A DNA stretch of 32,462 bases, taken from IMG/VR virus record IMGVR_UViG_3300022744_000075, positions 1 to 32,462 of that record; one strand, written 5' to 3'. Made by a program: the position numbers and the translations under genes. The notes below the pieces were generated by a model. It ran no database searches. It worked only from the letters and a program-made list of their open reading frames with translations, and was not told the DNA's origin. Positions 16,509 through 24,962 of the stretch are shown here, piece after piece. Each line of letters opens with the position of its first letter. Position 1 is the stretch's first letter. This DNA comes from a virus (taxonomy: Duplodnaviria; Caudoviricetes).

Positions 16509-17648
16509 GTGCCATTTCGGGCGTTTCGTGGCAGCACTGCACTGGTTTCCCCGCGCGAAATCGTGGCGAAGGTCAGCAACGATGCGCTCATGTCGGAAAT
16601 CGAACTGGCTGCTCGTAAACTCGAACCGGAACTGGCAGAGGCGCTGCTTGCCATGCTGTCCGCTCTGCAGGACGTGGTTCCGCTGGATGAACTGGCCGCA
16701 GCCGTGAAGGCCGGGGATATCGACCGGATCATGCGGCTGATCGGTGATGCCAATCTGTCGCTCGCAGCCGGAAAGGTCACGGGAGCGTTGCAGGACGCGG
16801 CGTGGGCTGGCGGGGCCATCGCGGCGACCAGCATCAACTCCACGATCCGCGAGGCATCGTTCGTTTTCAACCGGCTCAACCCACGCCTGATCGACTGGCT
16901 GCAAGGGTACACTTACAACCTCGTCAAACTGACCAAGGACGAGGCGGGCGAGGCCACCAAGCAGGCCATCCGCGAGGCGATGACCGCAGGCATGACGGTC
17001 GGCAACAACCCTCTTACCGTTGCCCGCGACATTCGGGCTTCCATTGGGCTCACGCCCCGGCAGCAGAAGGCGGTCAAGAACTTCCGAACGGAACTGGAAA
17101 GCTTCCATCTGCGCGGCGGCGAAGGCGGGTACAATCTCGGGGCCAAGATCAGCCGCGTTTACGGGACGCAGGTCTATGCGCTGGGCGAGGATGGTGGCCC
17201 GGCGGACGGGATCACCGAACGCCGCCTGCGCGACTTCCGGTACGACGGCCATCTGTCGCGGGCGCTCAAGACCGGCGTTCCGCTCAAGCCGGAAAAGATT
17301 GATGAAATGGTGGCCGCCTACCACCGCAAGTACCTGAAGTATCGTTCGCAAACCATTGCCCGAACTGAGGCGCTGCGGGCAACGAACTATGGCGTTCAGG
17401 ACGGCTGGCGGCAGGCCATCGAGGCTGGCAAGGTTCCGGAGGCGCAGGTTCGCAGGCAATGGGTGGTGTCGCGCGACGAGCGTCTATGCGAGGTGTGCGC
17501 CCCGGTGCCGAAACTGAACCCGAAGCGCGGCGTGAAGTTCGGTGAACCGTTCGCCACCCCGAAGGGCCCGGTTATGCTTCCACCCCTTCACCCTAACTGC
17601 CGATGCCATATTTTCATTCGCGTGTGGGAGCCCGAGCAACTTGCGTGA
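16509..17648 (+). CDS. MuF / SPP1 gp7-like minor head protein
   Basis: RSQTIARTEALRA, RQWVVSRDERLCEVC, PPLHPNCRC. Confidence 0.92.
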   Translation: MPFRAFRGSTALVSPREIVAKVSNDALMSEIELAARKLEPELAEALLAMLSALQDVVPLDELAAAVKAGDIDRIMRLIGDANLSLAAGKVTGALQDAAWAGGAIAATSINSTIREASFVFNRLNPRLIDWLQGYTYNLVKLTKDEAGEATKQAIREAMTAGMTVGNNPLTVARDIRASIGLTPRQQKAVKNFRTELESFHLRGGEGGYNLGAKISRVYGTQVYALGEDGGPADGITERRLRDFRYDGHLSRALKTGVPLKPEKIDEMVAAYHRKYLKYRSQTIARTEALRATNYGVQDGWRQAIEAGKVPEAQVRRQWVVSRDERLCEVCAPVPKLNPKRGVKFGEPFATPKGPVMLPPLHPNCRCHIFIRVWEPEQLA

Positions 17649-17691
17649 AGCCAAGGCGAGTGGCATGTTGTCCGCAACACAGGAGGGCAAC

Positions 17692-18240
17692 ATGGCCGCA
17701 AGCTTGATGGATCGGATCAACAAGATTTCCTTGCAGGCGTACGCTGTGATCGCCAAGGCCGGGCCCGTGGGTCACAAACATATCCCCGGGGATGGTGACG
17801 GAGACGGCATTCCTTACGAGGGGCGCAACAAGGGAAAGGTTGGCGCGGCGCAAGACGCGCAGTACCGGACGAAGCCGAACGAGGGCGATACGTCTCCGCA
17901 CAATGCCGCATTCAACTACACATCGACGTTGCCCGACAGCGTTATTCTCTCAGCCCTCTCTGACAAAACGACAGACTGGAAGGCGATTGCCCACGACGCT
18001 TTGGCTGTCGAGGGATACGATGAGAACGGGAAGGGCGTTAAGGGGTTCCCGGCGCGAAAAACAAACGTTTACAATACGCCGAACCAGCACGATGAAAAGA
18101 ACTGGTCTGCCTCCCGGCGCATCGCGGAAGTGATGGGTCTGATGAGCCTGCAAGCAAGATCGTGGATTGCGACTGGAAAGACCGACTTCGGCGCAGTGCT
18201 GCGGGAACAAGCGAAGATGCGTAAGTTGAAGGGATACTGA
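17692..18240 (+). CDS. Hypothetical protein, possible internal head protein
   Basis: AGGAGG RBS; N-terminal leader ending IAKA, then GDGDGDG. Confidence 0.7.
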   Translation: MAASLMDRINKISLQAYAVIAKAGPVGHKHIPGDGDGDGIPYEGRNKGKVGAAQDAQYRTKPNEGDTSPHNAAFNYTSTLPDSVILSALSDKTTDWKAIAHDALAVEGYDENGKGVKGFPARKTNVYNTPNQHDEKNWSASRRIAEVMGLMSLQARSWIATGKTDFGAVLREQAKMRKLKGY

Positions 18241-18641
18241 TAATCGACTGGCACCCACTGGACGATGATGAATACGAACCGCCGCCGAGGATCATCCCGG
18301 CGGCGGTTGCACTTGCGGAACGACGCTGGAACGCAGAGGCGTCCTGCCTCGGTGACAGCTTCGGGCGCATATGGGCAATGACACGTCCGCCAAGCCGTGA
18401 GGCGCTTTCGGTGGTGATGCTTCTCGAAACAGCGCAGCCGTGGAGTGATCTGGCCGCGCTTGGGGTTCGCACTCCGGCAATCCAGTGGGCCCCTTCTCGC
18501 AGCATGGCCGAGGCCAGCGGCAAGCCTCTGCTGTTCTTGGTGGATGCCGCAGGCGAAGTGCGCTGGGCTAAAATCTCGGTGGTTGCTGGCGGCGATCCGG
18601 GTATTCGTACTGTTCCGGTCCCTGACTTTCGTCCGGTTTGA
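18237..18641 (+). CDS. Hypothetical protein (start uncertain: CTG 18237 or ATG 18378)
   Basis: Frame of the 18378 ORF is open back to 18225; a CTG overlaps the previous stop. Confidence 0.4.
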   Translation: MIIDWHPLDDDEYEPPPRIIPAAVALAERRWNAEASCLGDSFGRIWAMTRPPSREALSVVMLLETAQPWSDLAALGVRTPAIQWAPSRSMAEASGKPLLFLVDAAGEVRWAKISVVAGGDPGIRTVPVPDFRPV

Positions 18642-18804
18642 GCAGCAGCCAGAAGGCGGAAGCCGCGCCACGGATCACCCTTGCAGCCGCATGAAGGACG
18701 CGTTCGCCGCCCGGGGACCAGCACTGTTTTTCCATGTCTGAGAGTTCATCGGCAATGGCGATGAGGCGCTTGTAGACGTCGAGGCTGCTCAGATTTCTCG
18801 GCAT
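18568..18804 (-). CDS. Hypothetical protein (78 aa)
   Basis: Amphipathic helical ORF filling an otherwise empty gap. Confidence 0.4.
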   Translation of the reverse strand: MPRNLSSLDVYKRLIAIADELSDMEKQCWSPGGERVLHAAARVIRGAASAFWLLLKPDESQGPEQYEYPDRRQQPPRF

Positions 18805-18864
18805 TGTCCGACCGTGTTGGCCGCGCTACTATCAGACGAAATTACTCTTCGCACAAGGTGACGC

Positions 18865-19752
18865 ATGGCCGACAACGTGGATATCAAAGACGCACATGGT
18901 GACGTCAAGACGATGATCACCACCGACACCACCGGGACGGAAATTCACGTCCCGCACCATCGCGTCGCCGCCGGTTTGACTGTGACGGGCCCGTCCGCCC
19001 AATCGGCGAACAACATGGACCTGATTTCTGGCGTTTCGAATGGCTGGTACGACGCAAGCCTATGGATGAGTGGGGCGGTCCAGATCATCGGCGGGGCTGG
19101 TATCTCTGCCGGTGCGGTCACGTTCGAACAGACCAACGACAACTCGTCCACCACCGGAATTCCGCTGGAAGTCACCGAACTTGGGGTGGTGAACACCAAC
19201 TCGACGGTGGCGGCAATCACAATCGCGGCCAGCACTCGGCGTGTGTTCGGCTTCGGGATTTCCTGCAAGTACGTCCGGGCCCGCATCAGCACTGCTTTCA
19301 CCGGCGGAACGGTGCAGGCCATCACACAGTTCTCACAGGCATCCTTTGCGGATATCAGCCTGAACGTCCAGCAGGCGACCGCCGGAAACCTGCTGGCTAC
19401 GGTTACGCCGACCAGTTCTAGCAACACGGTCGCGGCTCAGGCGGCGGCTTCAACCAACTCAACATTGGTCAAGAACGGGGCTGGAAACCTGCTGACGGTG
19501 GCGCTCACCAACATGACCGCAGCGGCCAAGTATTTCAAACTGTACAACAAGGCGTCCGCGCCGACTGTCGGAACGGACACCCCGGTGCAGACCATTCCGA
19601 TCCCTGCGAACAGCATCGTGGTTTTCGAATACGGGCCGGTTGGCATGCGGTTCGGCACCGGCATCGGCTTCGGCATCACAGGCGCGATGGCGGACGCCGA
19701 CACCACGGCACTGGCCGCCAACGACGTGAAGGTCCATCTGACCTATTCGTGA
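18865..19752 (+). CDS. Beta-rich virion structural protein (spike/fibre-like, two jelly-roll-like domains)
   Basis: VTFEQTND...KYVRARIST..TGGTV; C-terminal YFKLYNKASAPTVGTDTPV...FGTGIGFGIT. Confidence 0.75.
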   Translation: MADNVDIKDAHGDVKTMITTDTTGTEIHVPHHRVAAGLTVTGPSAQSANNMDLISGVSNGWYDASLWMSGAVQIIGGAGISAGAVTFEQTNDNSSTTGIPLEVTELGVVNTNSTVAAITIAASTRRVFGFGISCKYVRARISTAFTGGTVQAITQFSQASFADISLNVQQATAGNLLATVTPTSSSNTVAAQAAASTNSTLVKNGAGNLLTVALTNMTAAAKYFKLYNKASAPTVGTDTPVQTIPIPANSIVVFEYGPVGMRFGTGIGFGITGAMADADTTALAANDVKVHLTYS

Positions 19753-19781
19753 AATTCACCTGACCTGACTGCGAGGCCGAA

Positions 19782-20954
19782 ATGGATGATCTGGAAGCCC
19801 GCGTTGCGAACGTTCTGGCGCGGGCTGTCGCGCTGGAAAAGGACGCTGGCGGAGACATGACCGCTGGCGACGTTCACGTCCCGACCGCAGATTGCGGGGC
19901 GGACGGCAAGAAGCGGAAGAAAAAGCCGCTGGCCGAACGCGTCGCGGAAATGGTGGAAAAGCAGAACCGATGGCCTGCGGGAACTCCGGCTGGAAAGGGC
20001 GGGCAGTTTGCCCCCGGCAAGCATGGATCGGGCGGGTTCGTCGGCCAGCAGAGCCTGTTTGGCTGGGGCGGCTCCGCGCCCAAGGCAAAGCCGCAATCCC
20101 ACGGGGTGGTGAAGCCGCTTGACGTGCCGTGGTTTACCACCGCCGACCCCGCGCTCAAGCAGCAGAACATCATCGCCGCCCACGACATGAAGGCACTGTC
20201 CGCAAACGGAAACGTCGGGGCGCTCAAGGCGTATCCGGTCCATCCGGATGCCAAGACGCTGGCTGAATACAAGACTGCGCTCCTGATGCAGCACGGCGTT
20301 CTTCCGCCGGGCGCGACCATCCATCCCGCAAAGAACGACAAGGGCCAGCCGGTTGGGGTGCTGAACCCGTCCGCAGCATCGCCGCGCAGCACATGGACCG
20401 ATCCTTCCTCCACCGCAACGTTTGTGCCGGGTGGCCCGGTTCCGAGCGAACTGCACGGCGTGAAGATGGAGCCTTGGCATGGCCCGTCCACCATCGCTGA
20501 ATGGAAGGGCGTCGAGGGAACCAATCCGCGCTTTGATGCGCTGGCCGGTCAGATCGAGGTTCCGCCCGGCAAGCACCTCGGCGCTGGCGTCATCGTCGTG
20601 GAGCCTGACGGTCGCGTTTGGCTGACCAAGCCGACAAACGGCTTTGGCGGTTATGCAAACACATTTCCAAAGGGGACCGTTGAGGACGGCCTGTCGCTGC
20701 AGCAATCCGCGATTAAGGAAGCCTACGAGGAAACCGGCCTTAAGGTGGAAATCGCCGGAGTGCTTGGCGATTACGAGCGGACTACCTCTGTTGCGCGATA
20801 TTACATCGCCCGCCGTGTCGGGGGCACCCCGGCGAACATGGGATGGGAAAGCCAAGCGATCCGCCTCGCGCCGCCAGCCGACATGGCAAAGCTGCTGAAC
20901 ATGAAGGTGGACCAGAATATCCTAGACGATCTGCTCACCGAGCAGCATATCTAA
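19782..20954 (+). CDS. NUDIX hydrolase with long N-terminal leader
   Basis: Variant Nudix box PKGTVEDGLSLQQSAIKEAYEETGL preceded by AGVIVVEPDGRVWL. Confidence 0.9.
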   Translation: MDDLEARVANVLARAVALEKDAGGDMTAGDVHVPTADCGADGKKRKKKPLAERVAEMVEKQNRWPAGTPAGKGGQFAPGKHGSGGFVGQQSLFGWGGSAPKAKPQSHGVVKPLDVPWFTTADPALKQQNIIAAHDMKALSANGNVGALKAYPVHPDAKTLAEYKTALLMQHGVLPPGATIHPAKNDKGQPVGVLNPSAASPRSTWTDPSSTATFVPGGPVPSELHGVKMEPWHGPSTIAEWKGVEGTNPRFDALAGQIEVPPGKHLGAGVIVVEPDGRVWLTKPTNGFGGYANTFPKGTVEDGLSLQQSAIKEAYEETGLKVEIAGVLGDYERTTSVARYYIARRVGGTPANMGWESQAIRLAPPADMAKLLNMKVDQNILDDLLTEQHI

Positions 20955-20978
20955 CGACACGGCATCGGCGAGGGCACC

Positions 20979-23900
20979 ATGGCAGGAACGGCAAGCGCGA
21001 AGGTCCCGGCGAACGGCGGTCATTGGCAGAAGCAGGACCGCTGGCCTGCCGGATCGCCACTCGGTGGCCAGTGGAAGGCCATGGACGCCGATGGCGTGAC
21101 GCTGCCGCCGACCATCGCGGGCGGCCTTACCAGCGCAAACCCGGGGCATCAGAAGAAGGTGGACGCGCTCTACGCAGCCGTGAAGTCCGGGGACAAGGTG
21201 AAGGTCGCGGGCGTTGCCGGTGATCTGAAGGCGAAGGTGGAACTGGCCGCCAAGAACGGCCTGAAGAACAGTCAGGCCAAGTGGACGGCGCAAGCGTCGC
21301 AGTACGCCGATCAGCTTTTGAAGGACATGCAGGCCAAGCCGAAGGCGGACGCGGCGGCCACGCGCGTCAGCAAGATGCCCAGCATCGCCAACTGGAAGGA
21401 AATTGGCGGCAAGCCGGGCGGCAGCAACCCGGGCGCGATGTATGCCGATGAAAACGGCGTGAAGTGGCTGGTCAAGGGCAACAACGCCTTCACCGGAAGC
21501 GTCGCCAGTGCCAAAATGTCGATGGACCGGGCCAAGAACGAGGTTCTGGCTTCCAAACTGATGCAGGCGGCTGGGGTCGGCGTGGCCGACATTCGCTTGG
21601 TTCATCTGAATGGGCTTCACGGTGGGCAAGTCGGTCCCGGGAACGTCGGCGTCGCTTCCAAGTGGGTGGATGGGCTCAAGAAACTCAGCCTGTCGTCGCC
21701 GCAGATGATCGGCGCTGCGCAGGCGGATTATGCCATCCATGCGTGGCTGGCGAACTATGACGTTCTCGGTCAGGACGTCGACAATCTGCTGATCGACAAG
21801 AACGGCGCGGCGGTCAACATCGACCCGGGTGGTGCGATCCTGTTCCGCGCGCAGGGCAAGAAGAAGGACGCCTTTACGGACGACGCGCCCGAATGGGAAA
21901 CCATGCGCTCGGCCAACAGCCATCAGCAGACCGTGTTCGGCTCCATGAGCAAGTCGCAACTGGCCGAAAGCGCAAAGAAACTGGCCCTGATCGATGACGA
22001 CACCATCCGTGCGCTGGTGGATGCCCATGGCCCGAGCGAGACGGTGGACAAGAAGGCTTTGGCAGACACATTGGTGGCGCGCAAACATGCTATCCTCGCA
22101 AAGGCCGGAGTGAACGCCGCCTCCACGCCGCCCAGCGACGCGGCCCCAGCGACGCCGCCGAAGATTTCCTCTGTGGCCAAGCCCGGCGCATGGAAGCCGC
22201 ACGGCATTGCGAAACCGGATTTTGTCGCGCCCGCTACCAAGCAATATGATGACCTTGTTGGTTCGATCAACGCGCTCTATGCGGCTGGCAATCTGGACGG
22301 CGTTCTGTTTTGGGGCAGCGACAAGGGACCGGCAAGCTGGTCGATGTCCACCACCAACGGCAAGAAGATGACGGCCTATTACGAGGGGGTGAAGGCCGCC
22401 GCATTGGCAAACGCTGCGGATACTGGGGCGAGCGTGGCGCAAGGCGCAGCGACCGTGACCGGGAAGGACGGCAAGACGTGGGCCGGGGATGCCAAGGGCG
22501 TTCTGCAACCCGCAATTCGCGGTGGCGACCTGTCGCTTTCCCTTTCGGAACTTGAGGCGACGTTCCAAGGGGCGATGCAGAAGCATGGGATGACGAACGT
22601 GTACGGCAAGGGGTGGGCCACGGCTGCCCTGCCAAGCACATCCACGAACGCAGCATACACGATGCTGCAGGCTGCGGCGGCGGGTGATTTGGCAGCCCTG
22701 AAAAGCGCGACGCCGACTTCGGAACACTTCAAGACCGTTCAGAAAGACCTTATCGCTGCCATGACGGCGAAGCAGGCGGTGAAGGCGAAACCTCTCAGCG
22801 TCAAAGAAGTTAACGCCCTACTTAAAGAGACTGGCATCGCAAACCTTAAGTCCACACTTCTCGGCGGCGGGCAGTCTCAGGTTGTGGCCAACGTCATGAC
22901 CCAACACGCAATGAATGGCGATCTTGCCGCGTTGTCTGGCGCAAACACCGATATTGACCCGACAGGAAAATTGGCGGCCTACAAAAACAAGCTGATTACC
23001 ACCATGACGGGAGGTTACGCCCCGAAGGTTTCGGCACCAAAGGCAGAACCCACAAAACTTCCACTCGCGGAAGTCCAGCAAATCTTCGCTGCCGTCAAGG
23101 CAACGCACGGCATTCAGACGTCGACCAGCGAAGGTATGGCGATGATGCAATTCGCTATGGAGGGTAAGCCCGGCAGCTTGGGGGGTGTTGCCACCACAAC
23201 TGCTTACGATGCTGATCTGAAACTGTCCCTGCTCACCGCTATGAAAGCGAAGAAGACATCGGCTGCCGCCACTGGCACTCCATCCGTCAATGGCATGTCG
23301 CACGACAAGCTTAACGACCTGTTCATGGACCTGACGGGAATTTCGCTGAACCAGCAGACCCTCAAGCCGGGCAGCGTCGCGGAAACACTGGCGAATGCGG
23401 CCCTTGCGGGCGATCTGCAAACCATCCTGAACACCAAAACCCAAACCGGAAGCATCGGTGAGGGCATGCAGATCGCGCTCATTCAGGCGTTCTCGACCGG
23501 TGCAAGTGCCGCGCCGCAACCGGCTCCTGAACCTCCCATCGTCATGCTCCATGCCGCCAAGGTCGGGCCAGCCCCCAACTTCGCGGCCATGAAACAGACG
23601 ACCGGGGTGAACGCGCAGACGTTCAACAGCAAGCTGTCCGCCATCGAGGCGGCCTTCAACACCGGGGATGAAAAGGCCATCCTTGCCATGAAGTTCGGCA
23701 TCAACACGCCGAACAAGCAGGCGGTGAAGGTGGCAAACGACGCGCTTGCGGCGCTGGGTTCGGTTCACCAAGTGCAGGCTGGGCAGGGCGCGAACGCGCA
23801 TCCGGCGCTGATCGGCGGCACGTTCCAAAGCCCCAAGCCTGCCCCTGCCGTGGTGCAGACCGCTGCGCCTTCTCCGAAGGCCACGCCGAAGCCGGTCTAT

Positions 23901-24962
23901 CGCATCCCGAGCCCGCCCGACTTCGCCAACTGGAACGGCCCGGGACACGGGCTGTCGTCCAAGGCTCCATTCAACAACCAGAACACCCAGCTTTCCGCCA
24001 AGATCAAGGAATTGGGCGACGCGCTGGACGTGAAGGCGCTGAACGCACTGACCTACCAGCCCATCGATGAAAACGGCTCGCCTGTCGGATCGCCCGTGCT
24101 GGTCTCGCAGCACAAAAGCCAGCACATCAAGGCGTATCTGAAGGACGTCATCCACGCGGTTCAGACGCCTTACGTCCCGACACACATCATGTCGGAGGCG
24201 GAACTTTCCGCTATCCCGGCGGTGTTCAAGGAGGTGGTGTCGAAGGTCGCGCATGTCGCTTCGCTCAAGGCCGCCACGGTCAAGATCGGGCGCTATGCGG
24301 CGCTGGGCAAGGTCGGAAACCTGCTGCACGACTTTAACCCGCCCATCGTGAGCCCGAAGACCGGCAACATGAATGTGCAATCCCTTTACGACAAGTCGAA
24401 GAAGGGGTTCAACGCGCTGACGTCCATCCAGCAGCAGGCCATCAAGGACTATACCGGCGGCGGATACAGCAGCCAGAACAACCCGATTACTGGTGCCGGG
24501 AACGACATGTCGCACCACACCATCGAAGGGCTCAAGAAGGCAGCGGTCACGCTCCCCACCGGATCGGTGATTTCGCGGAAGTTCACCTTCAAGACCGACC
24601 AAGCTGCAAACGTGGATGCCTTGGCCGCAGAGGTCGGCGGAGTGATCAAGGACTTCGGCATCATTTCCACCTCGACCAATCCGAACGTGTGGCACGAAAC
24701 CATTCACCTCCGGATTACCACGGGGCCCGGCGTGAAGGGGCTGTACGTTGCTCCGAACCCATCGACCGGCGGAGGTGCGATTTCCGTTAACCCCGGGGAA
24801 AATGAAATCATCCTGCCCTATGGAACCAAGTTCTACGTGAAAAGCGTCACGAAGGGCGGAAGTGCCAAGGATAAGGCGGGATCATGGGGTTCCCATCAGG
24901 GCGCGGACGTTTATGTTGAACTGATTGCGCTTCCGGAGGTCGATTGGGATGCAAACACTTGA
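20979..24962 (+). CDS. Polyvalent protein: HipA/PI3-PI4-kinase-like domain, helical repeats, C-terminal R-S-ExE ADP-ribosyltransferase
   Basis: Kinase: GGSNPG, WLVK, NEVLAS, WLANYD...NLL...IDPGG (about 21400-22100). ART: AIKDYT, SRK (24575), STS (24666), ENEIILP (24798). Confidence 0.85.
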   Translation: MAGTASAKVPANGGHWQKQDRWPAGSPLGGQWKAMDADGVTLPPTIAGGLTSANPGHQKKVDALYAAVKSGDKVKVAGVAGDLKAKVELAAKNGLKNSQAKWTAQASQYADQLLKDMQAKPKADAAATRVSKMPSIANWKEIGGKPGGSNPGAMYADENGVKWLVKGNNAFTGSVASAKMSMDRAKNEVLASKLMQAAGVGVADIRLVHLNGLHGGQVGPGNVGVASKWVDGLKKLSLSSPQMIGAAQADYAIHAWLANYDVLGQDVDNLLIDKNGAAVNIDPGGAILFRAQGKKKDAFTDDAPEWETMRSANSHQQTVFGSMSKSQLAESAKKLALIDDDTIRALVDAHGPSETVDKKALADTLVARKHAILAKAGVNAASTPPSDAAPATPPKISSVAKPGAWKPHGIAKPDFVAPATKQYDDLVGSINALYAAGNLDGVLFWGSDKGPASWSMSTTNGKKMTAYYEGVKAAALANAADTGASVAQGAATVTGKDGKTWAGDAKGVLQPAIRGGDLSLSLSELEATFQGAMQKHGMTNVYGKGWATAALPSTSTNAAYTMLQAAAAGDLAALKSATPTSEHFKTVQKDLIAAMTAKQAVKAKPLSVKEVNALLKETGIANLKSTLLGGGQSQVVANVMTQHAMNGDLAALSGANTDIDPTGKLAAYKNKLITTMTGGYAPKVSAPKAEPTKLPLAEVQQIFAAVKATHGIQTSTSEGMAMMQFAMEGKPGSLGGVATTTAYDADLKLSLLTAMKAKKTSAAATGTPSVNGMSHDKLNDLFMDLTGISLNQQTLKPGSVAETLANAALAGDLQTILNTKTQTGSIGEGMQIALIQAFSTGASAAPQPAPEPPIVMLHAAKVGPAPNFAAMKQTTGVNAQTFNSKLSAIEAAFNTGDEKAILAMKFGINTPNKQAVKVANDALAALGSVHQVQAGQGANAHPALIGGTFQSPKPAPAVVQTAAPSPKATPKPVYRIPSPPDFANWNGPGHGLSSKAPFNNQNTQLSAKIKELGDALDVKALNALTYQPIDENGSPVGSPVLVSQHKSQHIKAYLKDVIHAVQTPYVPTHIMSEAELSAIPAVFKEVVSKVAHVASLKAATVKIGRYAALGKVGNLLHDFNPPIVSPKTGNMNVQSLYDKSKKGFNALTSIQQQAIKDYTGGGYSSQNNPITGAGNDMSHHTIEGLKKAAVTLPTGSVISRKFTFKTDQAANVDALAAEVGGVIKDFGIISTSTNPNVWHETIHLRITTGPGVKGLYVAPNPSTGGGAISVNPGENEIILPYGTKFYVKSVTKGGSAKDKAGSWGSHQGADVYVELIALPEVDWDANT

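Noticed and set aside
20922-24707. Long minus-strand ORFs (601 and 629 aa) and similar ones at 2025-3302, 25781-27376, 30664-32094
   Set aside because: Antisense shadows of well-supported genes, expected in GC-rich DNA; no recognisable motifs
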